NCBI RefSeq assembly: GCF_018350175.1
Contig: NC_058368.1
Span: 222,272,001-222,336,000 of the forward strand
DNA length: 64,000 nt
Direction of reading: 5' to 3'
DNA from: Felis catus
Lineage: Eukaryota
Positions within the stretch are counted from its first letter, which is position 1; each line of letters opens with the position of its first letter. Positions 25,083 to 38,199 of the stretch are shown in pieces. Below the pieces are notes generated by a model. The model was not told the origin of the DNA. It saw only the letters and a list, made by a program, of their open reading frames with translations, and searched no databases. Position numbers and translations under genes: made by a program.

Positions 25083-25822
25083 GATGTGAAGACCAATAGA
25101 TATTAATAGGAGATTTCTATTTTGAGACTTCGCTAATTCTAAATAATATAAGTGGCTATGTTTACCATAGCATTATTTTGAATATAAGATAGATAACCAC
25201 TTGAGTTTGAAACACTTTGGGACTTTTTGGGGAAAAAGAATGTGGAGGAAGCAAATAAGTAGAATACTGTGTGTATGTGTATGTGTGATTACAAAAAAAA
25301 AAGTGGTTATCATGGATGTAATGAATGAGGCAATTCTTGATAAAATCTGAAGTAGACAACTTTAGACAATTTATTTGCTGTAAGATTTCAGGTACATATA
25401 CAACATTTACCAGTCAATTAGTTCAGAGGCATACTTCAAAACAGATATGGACACAATCATGCCAGCTGTTAAAACTCTGGATAGGTATACTTCTGTGTAC
25501 CAGTGGATTATTGTCTTATTTTTTTAGGGCAATGTAAAATGAAATATAAGAAGCTAAATGAAATCATATTCATATATATATATATAATTTTTGGAGAATT
25601 AATAATTTATACATAATGTATTGAATATATAATTATTCATTCAATTCAATATATATTCAATTATATATTCAATAATTGTATTGAATATATAATGTACATG
25701 ATTGATTTTATAATATTAATACATTTCTGAATTTGGGAAAATGACCCATGATTTGTTCTTTTTATACTTGTTTATGTATATCTATCAATATTATCAAGGA
25801 TCAAAACTTAAAAGTAAATTAA

Positions 25823-26017
25823 TACCAAAAAATTCAAAACAGAGCTACCCTAGAAACCAGCAATTGCACTATTAGGTATTTATCCAAAGGATACAAAAAT
25901 GCTCTTTCGAAGGGGCACAAGAACCCCAATGTTTATAGCAGCACCATCAAGAATAGCCAAATTATGGAAAGAGCCCATGTCCGTTGACTGATGAATGGAT
26001 AAAGAAGATATGGTATA

Positions 26018-26061
<44 letters not shown>

Positions 26062-26085
26062 TGTGGGTATATATGCATATATATA

Positions 26086-26135
<50 letters not shown>

Positions 26136-26161
26136 TGGGTATATATGCATATATATATGTA

Positions 26162-26211
<50 letters not shown>

Positions 26212-26635
26212 ATGTATATATTACTTGGTGATAAAATAAAATTAAATCTTCCATTTGCAACAATGTGGATGGAACTAGAATGTACTATGAGAAGCAAATA
26301 AGTCAGTCAGAGAAAGATAATTATCCTATGACTTCACTCATATGTGGAATTTTAAGAAACAAAACAGATGGACATAGGGGAAGGGAAGGAAAAAAAAATA
26401 AGATAAAAACAAAGAGGCAGGCAAACCACAAGAGACTCTTAAATACAGAGAACAAACTGAGGGTTGCTGGAGGGAGTGTTGGGTGGGGTTTGGGCTAAAT
26501 GGGTGATGACATCAAGGAGGGCACTAGTTGGGACGAGCACTGGGTGTTATCTGTAAGTGACGAATCACTAAATCCTACTCCTAAAACCACTATCACACTA
26601 TACATTGGTTAAAGTGGATTTAAATAATTTTTTAA
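25823..26635 (+). mobile_element. Carnivore/felid L1, 5'-truncated 3' end
   Basis: agagctaccctagaaaccagcaattgcact...ttgcaacaatgtggatggaactaga...gagaacaaactgagggttgctggaggg; TSD aaaagtaaattaa (25810-25822/26636-26648). Confidence 0.93.
26014..26211. repeat. Higher-order (GT)n/(AT)n compound microsatellite inside L1
   Basis: gggtatatatgcatatatatatgtat recurs at a 72-bp period between (GT)n blocks. Confidence 0.9.
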
Positions 26636-27341
26636 AAAAGTAAATTAAAAACATAATCCATTAATGTGGTTTCACAGTTAAATAAAATTTGGGGAATGGT
26701 CGCTGGGAATTGCCATATTATATCAATGAAGAGATCATGAGGCAGGAGAGACAGAGGCAGAGACAGAAAAAGACACACAGACACAGAAAGAGAATTTAAT
26801 GTTTACTCTTTTGATCTATTTACAACTTTTTATCATCACACTTTTATTCTTCTAATCGAATAGTGTGACTTCACTCTTTTACGACAATATATTTGAATCT
26901 GTTTTTCAAATGGCATTTCTCTCTTTTCTCTTCCAAATACCTGCTTGAAATGTGTTTACTTGAGTTCATAGTGGCTTCTCTGTCTCCTGAAGGTTTCAAA
27001 GGAATTTTTGGAATTATGAGGCGCAAAAAGGTAGGCTCTTTTTTGTATAAACAAGAAGCTCTAGATGATGTATGGACTAAAAGAGGTAGTTTTAATTGCT
27101 TCCTTCCTTTATTATCTTACATGCAACTCTCGCGTCATTATTTTCCTTAAATATTTTCTGGTATTTTTGTGACAGCAAACGTTTATTATATTACAGTCAA
27201 ATCGAGGTATTTTTCTAAGGTTGATAAGATCCTGAGGCCAGGAATTCTAGTGTAATTATTGCCTCTCTTTGCATCATAGGCTATACACATAATAGGAATG
27301 ACATAGTATCTTATAAAGATGCATTTTAAAAATTATTTTCT

Positions 27342-27547
27342 GGGGCGCCTGGGTGGCTTGGTCGGTTAAGCGTCAGACTTCCGCTGGGATCATGATCTCA
27401 CAGTCCGTGAGTTCGAGCCCCGCGTCGGGCTCTGTGCTGACAGCTCAGAGCCTGGAGCCTGCTTCAGCTTCTGTGTCTCCCTCTCTCTCTGCTCCTCCCC
27501 TGTTCACGCTCTGTCTCTCTCTGTCTCAAAAATAAATAAACGTTAAA
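27342..27547 (+). mobile_element. Felid SINE
   Basis: CpG-rich body; TSD aaaaattattttctg. Confidence 0.95.
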
Positions 27548-27870
27548 AAAAATTATTTTCTGTGTAGATAATGTTTTCAATTCAGGTGGTGGAGGAGAGA
27601 CCACTTTCTAGGAGTCACCAGAAGTCTTAAGCCAGGATAAAGAGTTTCTTCTAATATAAAATTGTTCATTAAATCTCCTGAAATTCAAGAAATAAGATAG
27701 ATAAAAATATTAAAAAATATTTAACAATTCTACTTACTTATTGCAGTCATTTAAGAATTATTAAATAAAAGCCTCACAACAAAAGTTAAATATGTTTCTG
27801 ATAATGCTACAATTTGAGAGATTTTGAAAAACATATAAATTGAGACATGGTACAGATTATTAAAGCAGTA

Positions 27871-28089
27871 TTGATTGATTGATTGATTCATTTTTTGTTT
27901 TTTGTTTTGTTTTGTTTTATTTTAGAGAGAGAGCCAGAGTGGAAGAGAGGGGCAGAGGGAGAGAAAAAGAATCCTAAACGGGCTCTATGCTGGAGTCTGA
28001 AGCAGGGCTCGATTCCCACAATCCTGGGATCATGACCAGAGCAGAAATCAAGAGTCAGATGATCAACTGATTTAGTCACTCAGGTGCCC
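27871..28089 (-). mobile_element. Can-SINE with (TTGA)n/(TTTTG)n-converted tail
   Basis: Antisense body; TSD ttaaagcagta. Confidence 0.9.
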
Positions 28090-28462
28090 TTAAAGCAGTA
28101 ATGTTAAAAGAGGAAGACAAAACAGTAATATGTTCTTATAATATTCTCATGGTATGTTACATGTTCTTATATATTATGCATTATTCTTATATATTCTTAT
28201 ATGATTCATATATTCTTATATGATTTTACAGCGTTTGGACTCATAGGTTCTAGAATATGACTAAATTCTATGTATAGCCTTATACTCCTTCATGACCTTA
28301 ATACTCAAGTATGAATCAGAGAATGAATGATATACTTAAGGTATGAAGAAAAAAATAATTCAATACTCTTAGTCTACTGTTATTTCTACTGAACCACTGC
28401 TGTTGAACCTATCATAAGAATTTAACATTCATTATCTATTTGTTTGAAAAGATTTTAGTTTT

Positions 28463-28673
28463 GGGGTGCCTGGCTGGCTCAGTCGGTTGGGCATCCGACT
28501 TCGGCTCAGGTCATGATCTCACTGTCGGTGAGTACGAGCACCACGTGGGGCTCTGTGCTGACAGCTCAGAGCCTGGAGCCTGCTTCGAAATCTGTGTCTC
28601 CCTCTCTCTGCCCCTCCCGTGCTCAAGCTCTGTCTCTCTCAAAAACCAATAAACATTAAAAAAATAAATAAAT
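28463..28673 (+). mobile_element. Can-SINE
   Basis: Perfect 16-bp TSD aaaagattttagtttt. Confidence 0.95.
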
Positions 28674-28929
28674 AAAAGATTTTAGTTTTAGGAACAATGT
28701 AAGAAAGAAGATACCCATTTATGAGTGAATAAATAATAAGTAGTAAATTGAATGATAACGTAAATATTTTGGAAGTATTTTATTTTAGATTACCAGTTAA
28801 CAATATTAGGGCATCATTCTTTTATTTTTTTTTATGTTTTCATGTGAAATATATATAGTTATGTCAAGTGTTTGAGAGAAATAACTATTGAGCAAATATT
28901 TACTTTGCATAAGTTAGTTAATTATTTAA

Positions 28930-29145
28930 AACTGGCCCTTGAAACTTTACCCAATATATTTGAGATCAGATGTTTTTCAGAATTCAGATTTTTTTAATTA
29001 AATAACTTTATACAGTGCATATTTCATGCATTACGGACAACTCAAGTGGGGTTTGGAGCATTTTTCAGCATCGTACAAATTAATATTTACAGTTAATGTG
29101 ATTTCCAAAAGACTATTAATACTATTAAAGTTCAGTTAACCTTTA
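28930..29145. mobile_element. Probable Tigger-family MITE (MER46C-like)
   Basis: ggggtttggagca...attaatatttacag...aagactattaata...agttcagtt resembles recalled MER46C consensus. Confidence 0.45.
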
Positions 29146-29196
29146 TTTGTTGAGTAACAGTTATGTTTTAATTGTAGGATAATTTTAGACCATAAT

Positions 29197-29707
29197 TATA
29201 ATGGGGAGAAACTTAGCATGTCTGACCCCATATTGCTTCTGTTGCTGTGACCTGTAGCTTACAACTTCCTTTTATCCCAGCCTACAGGCACATGACAGCT
29301 AAGATTTGCAAAAACTACTTTTAACCTGAAATCTACTACACCCAAGGAGATAAGGAAGTATGTGCAGAAATGACTATGCTATGATTAAGATTCACAGGAA
29401 TTACACGACCAGATTCGTACAGGCAAAAATCAACTGACCAAGGACAGATAAGTTACAGGACCTTCCTGGGATGTCTACAGACTTCAGTCAACTTTTGACT
29501 CCACCCGTTTCTCACTTTCCCTTTTGATAACAACAACAACAACAAAAAGTTTGGATTTAATGTCAAGGGGAGACAGTTGTTTGGTACAGTAGGTTTCCAT
29601 CTCTTCAGTTAGCTGACTCTCCGAATAAAGGCACTTTCCTTGCCCCAACATCTTGCCTCTTAATAGCATGTTGTGCAGCGGGAAGAACAAGCTTGCACTT
29701 GGTTACA
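29197..29707 (+). mobile_element. Old ERV1-type LTR
   Basis: tctgaccccatattgcttct near the 5' end, AATAAA 29624, ends ...ggttaca; followed by aatttggcaacc. Confidence 0.7.
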
Positions 29708-31774
29708 AATTTGGCAACCTGTCAGGTCCTGGTTATATAATTAGAATAGCGTATATTATTTCTAAGAGCAGTATGTAATAAGTCGTAGACCAAGATAAAT
29801 ACTTGACACGTGCAATAAATGTTAATTACTCTGGGCGTTTGAGGATCTTTGAAAGAAAGGTAAATCACTGTTGTCATCACCATCATGTTAGAGTTGAACG
29901 TTTGATGATGAGAAGGATACCAGGTGCTCAATTACCGAAGCTGGCCAGGGTATCTAGTCTTTATAAAGACCTCTTCCAATGGGGTCTGACTCATTAATCT
30001 CATTCACAGAAATTTCTGTCTCAGCAGTCTAAGACCAAACATTGCATGAGCACATGTTTTTGTCATGCCAAAAGATATTTCTTTTCAAATAGTTCACAAT
30101 GTCATGCACACCATCACTACTAGTCTCGGGTCTTTCTGTTCAACCCTATTTCAGCAATTTCACTCTCTCAAGAAATGCATGAGCAGTGCCTCCCAGTCAA
30201 TGTGTATCATGTCTAGGATGTCAGCTCTCTCTAACTTATTTTACACTTTCAGCTGATAAATGTTGACATACATATAGCAGAGTGTGAGGTGATTTTTCTC
30301 ATTAGCAACCCAAATTGTTTTAAAGTCTTCCTTTTAAAGTTCATTTTCAGACATCATTGCATGCCAAGGTCTGCACCAGGCATTTGCTAATGGTGGCTTA
30401 CCAAACCGTTATTAGCAACTGGGTAAACAGCATTCTTAACCACTTTCATGAACTCTGAGAAATCTGTTGATTGTAGCAAGCACACAATAAAGCAATCAAT
30501 CAATCAATCAATCAATCAATCAGAACGATTATATGTGTTATTCGCGGAAGATAAGTATCCTTGCTCCCAAAGTTGTGTTCAGATTTACATCGGTGCTGAA
30601 AATACTACATTTTTCACACCTGGAAAGTAATGTGTGGGGACGTTTTGCCAGGAAAATAAAACTTTACACTTTTATTCCCACCCATCTCACCTATAATCAG
30701 TTTGTGCTACTGATGCAATGTAATTATTAAAGGGGTCAGAAAATATTTTACTTGTTACCTGTGATTCTGTTTTTTAAAATAAATATGCTTATCTAAATTG
30801 CATATACTTTTAAGTATTTCAGGTGTTGGCGTTTGCTACATGAACTATGACTTTTTAATTTATGCATCATCAGTATTTGCATACCAACAACAATTATAGT
30901 GTGTTTAGTATCCTTCAATATTTTATAATACTTACTCAGAAATAATTACATGTTTTGGAGGATACAATCTTAGGCCAGAGTTGTTTGACTAGTGTTATAA
31001 ATCTGCATTTTTTTTTCCAGGACTAAGGATTCTGTAATATATTTAATGAAGATTTTTAACATATTCAATGATAAATTTTTCAATATAATTTTCAGCTGTT
31101 TCATGATCAGAAGTTTTTCACAATAAATTTTGGTTTTATACCCTATGATTATTTTCAACTTTCCATATTCAGACTCCTGAATACCCACACTCACTTTCAA
31201 AGTTTGAGACATCATGGTATAATCTATATAATTTCATGACAACCTGTCTGCTAAGTGACATGTTCACGTCCTCACTGAGTGGTCTCTCAGGTAACACAAT
31301 GTCAAGACCTTCATTGCCACCTCACTGAATGTTTCTCTGTTTTTCCTCGGTTCTTGGTCATCGCTCTCACGATAAACTTCAGTAACTTTGCTCTGATTCT
31401 TCAAGCTGTACCTCATGATGTCTGCATCTCATATAATGCAAAGAGACACCGGAGAAATGCTCAACAGCACAATGTTTTAAACCATTTCTTACATATTGAT
31501 GTTGACAGCTACCATCTTGTCATCTGATTTTATCCATGCAAGTATTTTTATACCTTTTCTACATTATTGCATTTTTAGATTTTCACAGAATAATTAAGCA
31601 AAGAAAGAGCAACAATAAACTACTTATCAGTAATTAGCACAGGCATTTGCTCTTGGAAGGAATGCTGAGATCTAAAAGTTCCTTCGTGCCACTGTAAGTA
31701 ATTTTGGGCATCAAACATATCGAGAAATAAAAAAAACAAGAACAAAAACAAAAACAAAAACAAAAACAAAAACA

Positions 31775-31992
31775 GGGGCGCCTAGGTGGCGCAGTCGTTT
31801 AAGCGTCCGACTTCAGCCAGGTCACGATCTCGCGGTCCGTGAGTTCGAGCCCCGCGTCGGGCTCTGGGCTGATGGCTCGGAGCCTGTAGCCTGTTTCTGA
31901 TTCTGTGTCTCCCTCTCTCTCTGCCCCTCCCCCATTCATGCTCTGTGCCTCTCTGTCCCAAAAATAAATAAACGTTGAAAAAAAATTAAAAA
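31775..31992 (+). mobile_element. Young felid SINE in a (CAAAAA)n run
   Basis: Diagnostic ggcgcagtc/cagccaggtcacg/aacgttgaaaa; flanked both sides by aaaacaaaaaca. Confidence 0.95.
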
Positions 31993-32550
31993 AACAAAAA
32001 CAAAAACAAAAACATATGTTTCTGTTCCCAAAGCCTTTCCAAAGTCATGAGTTTGGATAAAAAATTTGTGCCTGTAAGTATAAATCATACAACGTATCCG
32101 ATGTCATAAAGTATGCAGAAGTAACAATTTAATTGTATTTGCTAGATAGAAATAAAAACCTACCCATTGCACTTGAAAAATTAAACTAATTCCTTGGTGA
32201 ATTACAAAGAGTTTAAAGTTCATCTACTTTAAAGTGTTTTAAGTGTTACTTCTTCATAAACTAAACACTGAATTTAATAAATAAATGCAATAACTCATTT
32301 ATATACTAAATTACATTTTATGGTTATAGTCATTGATATTCTCTTGTCTGAGACCCATAAAATCACTGTGAAGTAAAGTAGATACATATTACTTATCATA
32401 TTCTCATGGGTGAAGACACAATGTTTGAAGGATTAGATAATGTGGCAAAGTGTGAAGTAAAAGTAGTTATTTGATTTTTACCTTTTAAAACATGATATTC
32501 TATCACCCTGTCTGTAGCATTTACTACATTTACCTTATAAAAGTGATTTT

Positions 32551-32788
32551 ATTTACTTATTTAATTTTTAAAGGATTTTTTAAAATTTATTTTGAGAGAC
32601 AGAGAGAAAGAATGAGTATGTACTCCAGCAAGAGGCAGAGAGAGAGAGGGAGAGAGAGAATCCTAAGCAGGCTCTGTACTTTCAGCACAAGCCTGATGTG
32701 GGTCTCAATCTCATGAAACATGAGATCATGACCTGAGCCGAAATCAAGAGTCAGACATTGTAACCAACTGATCCATTCAGGCACCCCC
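32551..32788 (-). mobile_element. Can-SINE (old)
   Basis: Antisense body with gaaatcaagagtcaga. Confidence 0.9.
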
Positions 32789-33104
32789 AAAATTGATTTA
32801 TAACTAAATAAATGAATGTGACCAATAAAGTATTACAGAAGACCCATGAGACAATTCGTTGTACTACCTTACACATTAGAAAAAAAAAATGCATACTGAT
32901 CTTGCCTGGAAATTGCCCACATCCAGCCATGAAGTTGTATAAGATCTTTAATACATACATATAAAATCCATTCATATTTTTATCCTAACACAAAATAAAT
33001 ATTAGACAACACATAAGTTGCATCAAGAGTGCACAGGATGAGAGTCTTACTTTAATCACTTATTGATCTATAAATGATTCAATGAATTATTTTGAAAGAC
33101 TTTC

Positions 33105-33655
33105 TGTTATAAGATAAACAAGGTTGGGGATCTCATGTACAGCATGATGATTTGGTTGACAATGCTGCATTATATATTTGAAAGTAGCTAGGAGAATAGA
33201 TTTTAAATGTTCTTAGCACACACACACAAATGAAATGATAATTATGAGAGGTGAATGGAGGTGTTAGCTAATTCTACAGTGATTATCATACTGCAATATA
33301 TAAATGTATTAAATCAACAGGTTGTACACCTTAAACCTATGCAGTGTTGAGGTGGCTGGGTGACTCAGTTGGTTAAGAGTCCAACTGTTGGTTTCAGCTC
33401 AGGTCATGATCTCACGGTTTCGTGAGTTCAAGCCCTGCTTCAGGTCTCTGCATTACCAGCTTACCAGAGTGGAGACTGCTTGGGATTTTCTCTCTCCTTA
33501 TCATTCTCTGCACCTCCCCCACTTACACTATCACTCTCTTCCTCCCTCTCTCTCAAAATTAGTAAATAAACTTAAAAACACACACACACACACACACACA
33601 CCCCTACACAGTGTTATATATCAAGTATATCTCAATAAAGCTGGGGAAAAAGTCA
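33105..33655 (+). mobile_element. L1MA-like 3' end split by a SINE
   Basis: gatctcatgtacagcatg...gagaatagattttaaatgttct...gttgtacaccttaaac [SINE] atatctcaataaagctgggg. Confidence 0.85.
33349..33603 (+). mobile_element. Can-SINE (old) with (CA)n tail
   Basis: SINE body; TSD cta(tg/ca)cagtgtt. Confidence 0.88.
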
Positions 33656-33770
33656 ATGAATAAATGATATTTATGTGCTGAATTCTCTGCTTTGGGTTGA
33701 GAAATAACCATGTAGACATCATTTCCATCATTCAGGGATCCCATACTTTTCTAGAAAGATAGGCATACAG

Positions 33771-33978
33771 GGGTTCCTGGGTGGCTCAGTGGGTTAAGTG
33801 TAGGACTTCAGCTGAAGTCATGATCTCACAGTTAGTGAGTTCAATCCCCGCATCGGGCTCTCTGCTGACAGCTCAGAGCCTGGAGCCTGCTTCAGATTCT
33901 GGGTCTCCCTCTCTCTCTGCCCTTTCCTCACTTGCACTCTGTCTCCATATCAAAAATAAGTAAACGTTAAAAAAAAAA
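33771..33978 (+). mobile_element. Can-SINE
   Basis: Perfect 18-bp TSD agaaagataggcatacag. Confidence 0.95.
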
Positions 33979-35766
33979 AGAAAGATAGGCATACAGATAA
34001 TTTCCAATGAATAATATAATTCCTAGTAAAAATAAAACATGCTATTTAAAAGTGAATACTTTAAATTTAAACACTAAATTTAAATTTAAAATGTAAATAC
34101 TTTAACTGGCAAAGGTGTAATTCTCCAAGCCTAGAGTTATCTCTGCCCTCACAACTATACCATTTTGTTTCCATAATATCTAGACTGTTACTAGTTTTTC
34201 TGAACAACTACAATATTTACAGTCTAGTTGTGCTATATTCTATGACCTGCACGTGTGTTTCAATGCTATGTAATTATTAAAAGCATGTTTTCAAGTCAAC
34301 ATTTGACAGGATGCAAAAATATAATGAATATAATTCCAAGTAACAGCATTGTACATAAATTATTTGTTCAAAATGAATGCAATTTCATTTAATTAGTTAT
34401 ATGCCTACACAAACACATACACTCTCAGAAATATAGCCTAGAAAGGAAAACATCAAACTGATGTTTTCATGATGATGCTGCATAATGGAAATACTAGTAC
34501 TTGTATTTTCCAAATTCTCAATAATGGCTTTATAAAGACCTCATTGGATGTAAAAATATGTAAATATATAAAATTTTACATGAAGTGTTGGATCCATTTT
34601 TCTTAAACTGCACTAAAATTTAACAGATAATACATAAAATGAGGTCAATCCAGAAGATTCATTTTAACATAACAGAAATAAAGGAGTTAAATCTTGTAGT
34701 TTTCTGTTAAAAGAGAAGTGATGATTGATGAAATATTGGAACTAATGTTATTGACCTTTCATTTATTATATAAGTGTAAATTTAATTACTTTGGGATATA
34801 CATGTATATATGAGAGGTAGCTCTCAATAAATGTATTTCCATGACTTTTTTCATGTATAATGTCTCATGCTTTCTTCCCATACATTTAAAATAGGAAAAA
34901 AAAAATTAAATAAAGTCACTGAGCTGTTAATAATGCAAAGTGGATGCCTTATAATACTGCATGCTCAATGCTTTTAATTTAAAATGAAAGAAGCATCTTA
35001 GAAGCACTTATTTATAAACTGGAAAAGATGAATGCAATTAAAATAAATTGGCTGGCATGGGTAAATTACCTTTCTCTTACATTTCTCGAATCTTTTCTTT
35101 AAGCACAGGTTATATTTTAAGTCAATATAATTTTCTATAGCAGTATCCATACAAGAACCAAATTTTGACTAGACATTATTTACTCGTGTCATTTTCAGAC
35201 TGTTGGACCACTTTTCACAAATCATTAATATAGTCCCCCATTACGCTCTTCAAAATCCTAATTTAAATAATCCTATTTCTGTCTGGTAGACATTGAATCA
35301 TGAATATGGAATGACTTCACCTGACTTCACTTGTAATTCACTTAATTTTCAACTCTGTTAGATGCGAGGTGAGTAGAAAATAATTTTGTTCAAAATTGCA
35401 AGGTATACCTGCAGCCTAAGGAGAAGCTCCCTACTCCATGTCTAAATTGAGTTGTGATTCATTTCAAGCTTAATTTAAGAGTGATTACATCCAAATCATC
35501 TCATGGTTTTTTTCTTTGTATTTGTGTCATTGTTTATTAATTTCGTGATTTTTTGTCACAGCAAAGATTGGACAAGTTCCTGTACCTTGACTTAAACCAG
35601 GTAAAGTTCAAGACATCGACCTGAGAATGAGCATCCCTCCCACCCTCCTGCTTCTCTTCTAAATCTAACCCATGCATAGCTATTTTGTTCCTTATCATTC
35701 CATTCTTGTGAGAATAGAGATATGCAATAAATGAGTTCCCCATTTTTAATATACACATTATTTTTT

Positions 35767-35980
35767 AATGTATGTTATTATTTTTTAATGTTTATTTTTT
35801 GAGAGAGAGACAGAGTGTGAGTAAGGGAGGGGAAGAGAGAGACACACACACACAATCCAAAGCAGGCTCCAGACTGAGCTGTCAGCACAAAGCCCCACGC
35901 GGGGCTTGAACTCATGAACCGCAAGATCATGACCTGACCCAAAGTCGGACGCTCAACTTACTGAGCGCCCCAGGAGCGCC
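35767..35980 (-). mobile_element. Can-SINE
   Basis: Antisense body; TSD ...acattattttt. Confidence 0.92.
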
Positions 35981-36829
35981 AAGTATATACATTATTTTTG
36001 AAGGGGTATATGTATACCTGGATGCACTATTGCTGTGTTGATAGTTGTGTTAATAGGTATATAACTTTCTTACTATTTGCATAATACTGCTTTCAGGAAT
36101 TTACCCTAGAGTAATGCCCACACATATGTGCAAAGTATATGTAAGATTCTAACCAGTTCAATTTTATTTATAAAAGTGATAATTTGAATATTCTGAGCAA
36201 TAGGAAAATGGCTGACTTAGAGGATTTTATATCCATTTTTTAGCTAATTTAAAAAAGGAGATAAAAATGTAGAATATACCAATAATCTCTTCTTACTAAT
36301 AAAAGCAATTTTCTAAAACATGCTTATATTCTGATTTCAATGAGGTAAACAGCAAAAACAAAGGAAAAGTCTGAGTTTGTGGGTGTGCCTGTAGAAATGT
36401 GTCTTTTGCTCAAATTATATAGACACCGGCATTGCTTATTTAAATCACTGGGGAAATAACTCTTCCTCCATCTTTATGCTCTATATTACGTTCTTTGGCT
36501 ACCTATGCAATATTCCTATCAGGTAAGGTTCTTACAAACATTTTAAAGCACCATATGGTATTTTCCACAAATAGATATCAACATGAGAATAGCTGCTCCA
36601 CCCCTAAGCCTGTTTGTCTTACCCAGTAGGGGATGCTGTTTTTTCTGTCCAAGGGCTTAGCCATGATACAAATTCCTCCACTTACGTAATTACCTTTTTG
36701 CTCCTCTTATCAGTTTTTCAATGAGTATTTAAGTGTTTTTAAGTAATTTTAATTCAAAAAGAAAAAAAATGTATACATTTGAAATGCTTTCTTCCTTTAT
36801 TTCCTTGGTGCTACATATCTCCATTTTGC

Positions 36830-37990
36830 ATCCTACCATTGTAGACATTGTTCTTACTGCCCTTTGGGGGCATAGCATATCCCCCGATATCAGTGTCTTC
36901 AGGGACTCGGCATCTGATCTTCCTTTCCTTCTCTGACTTTATTTTCCATGCATTCTTTTCCACTTCTGCCCATTCAGTCTGCATCTTCTGTATAGCTGAT
37001 AGCTCTCCTGTATCTTCCAACCAAGTGTTTGCTCTATAGCCTAAATAATTTATACAATCTCTTGCAAGACGTTATACCAGCACTTCAGTGCCAATAGCTC
37101 TAAAATAAATATAATATCATAAAATGTACTGCCAGAAATGTTAAACTGAATGAGCCATCACAAAATAACCTAGAGTCCCAGCCCAAAATCTCAAAATCAT
37201 CTTCTCCCTCCTCATTACACCTAATCAATAATGAAATGCTCGGAAGCTGTCAAGTCTATCTTCTTAATATCTTTCATATATGTTCAAGTGTGTATCTCCC
37301 AAGAATCATCTCCATTCAGATATTTATTGCTTTTCACCAGAGTTGTAAGAAAATACCTGCCGAAAGTCTCCATTTTGTTTTTACCTCAATTCATCTCTCT
37401 CAACTATCCATTCTCCAAGATAAAGCTCCAGGGAAGTTTTGCACAACATAGCTTTGATGGAGTCATTCCTCTGCTTCTGTGCTTCTAGGAGTCCTTGTTG
37501 ACTTAGAGATCCAACACTAACTTCTTTACTATTACTACAAATTGTGTCTTCATGGCTTGCCATCTTTTATTTCTCCAGTTTCAGATAGATGTCTGCATTC
37601 ACCTGTGTGCCACTGTATTTTCATCCTTCTGAATCAGTTCTGAATAAAGTGTGTTATGAATGTTTCATCCTATATTCTTGTTGCTTCAGCCCCTTTAAAT
37701 TGGAAACCTGTTAATTGAGCCAATCCCATTGAAAATAATTTTTAAAAAGAAGTCAGGTTAGATATTACTCCTGCCTATTTAAATCTTGTGTTTTTCTCTG
37801 TTCTGATAAACATCACATAGAATAACGAATGTCATTGGCTCAATGGCTTCCCTATGATAGGCTATCAGACAAGTACAGTGTTCTGTTCATTATAGAATGC
37901 ATTTCACTGCTCAGCATAATTCCGGTTATAAAGTAGCTGCTCATAAAATACTCTTTTAATAAATGAACAGATAAATGAAAGAATGTGATA
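36830..37990 (+). mobile_element. L2 LINE remnant with 3' terminus
   Basis: Pyrimidine-rich L2-like body ending aagtagctgctcataaaatac...aataaatgaacagataaatgaaagaatg. Confidence 0.6.
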
Positions 37991-38199
37991 AAAACAATAT
38001 GTTTTGCCTTTCCTGGGAGTGAATCTAAAAATTATAATATTTACAATGCCTACTTGTAAAGATTATCGCCCTAAAAGATATCACATCTAACATTAATCTA
38101 AAACATGTACTTAAAACACCCCAGCAAGGTTTAGTATAGCAAAGATTATTCATCAGAATTCATTTAAATTGTTAATTCTATCCCATTTTAATTATAAAT

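Noticed and set aside
25880..26301. HT/YI/VC-rich ORFs of 63-127 aa
   Set aside because: Dinucleotide repeat translations inside an L1.
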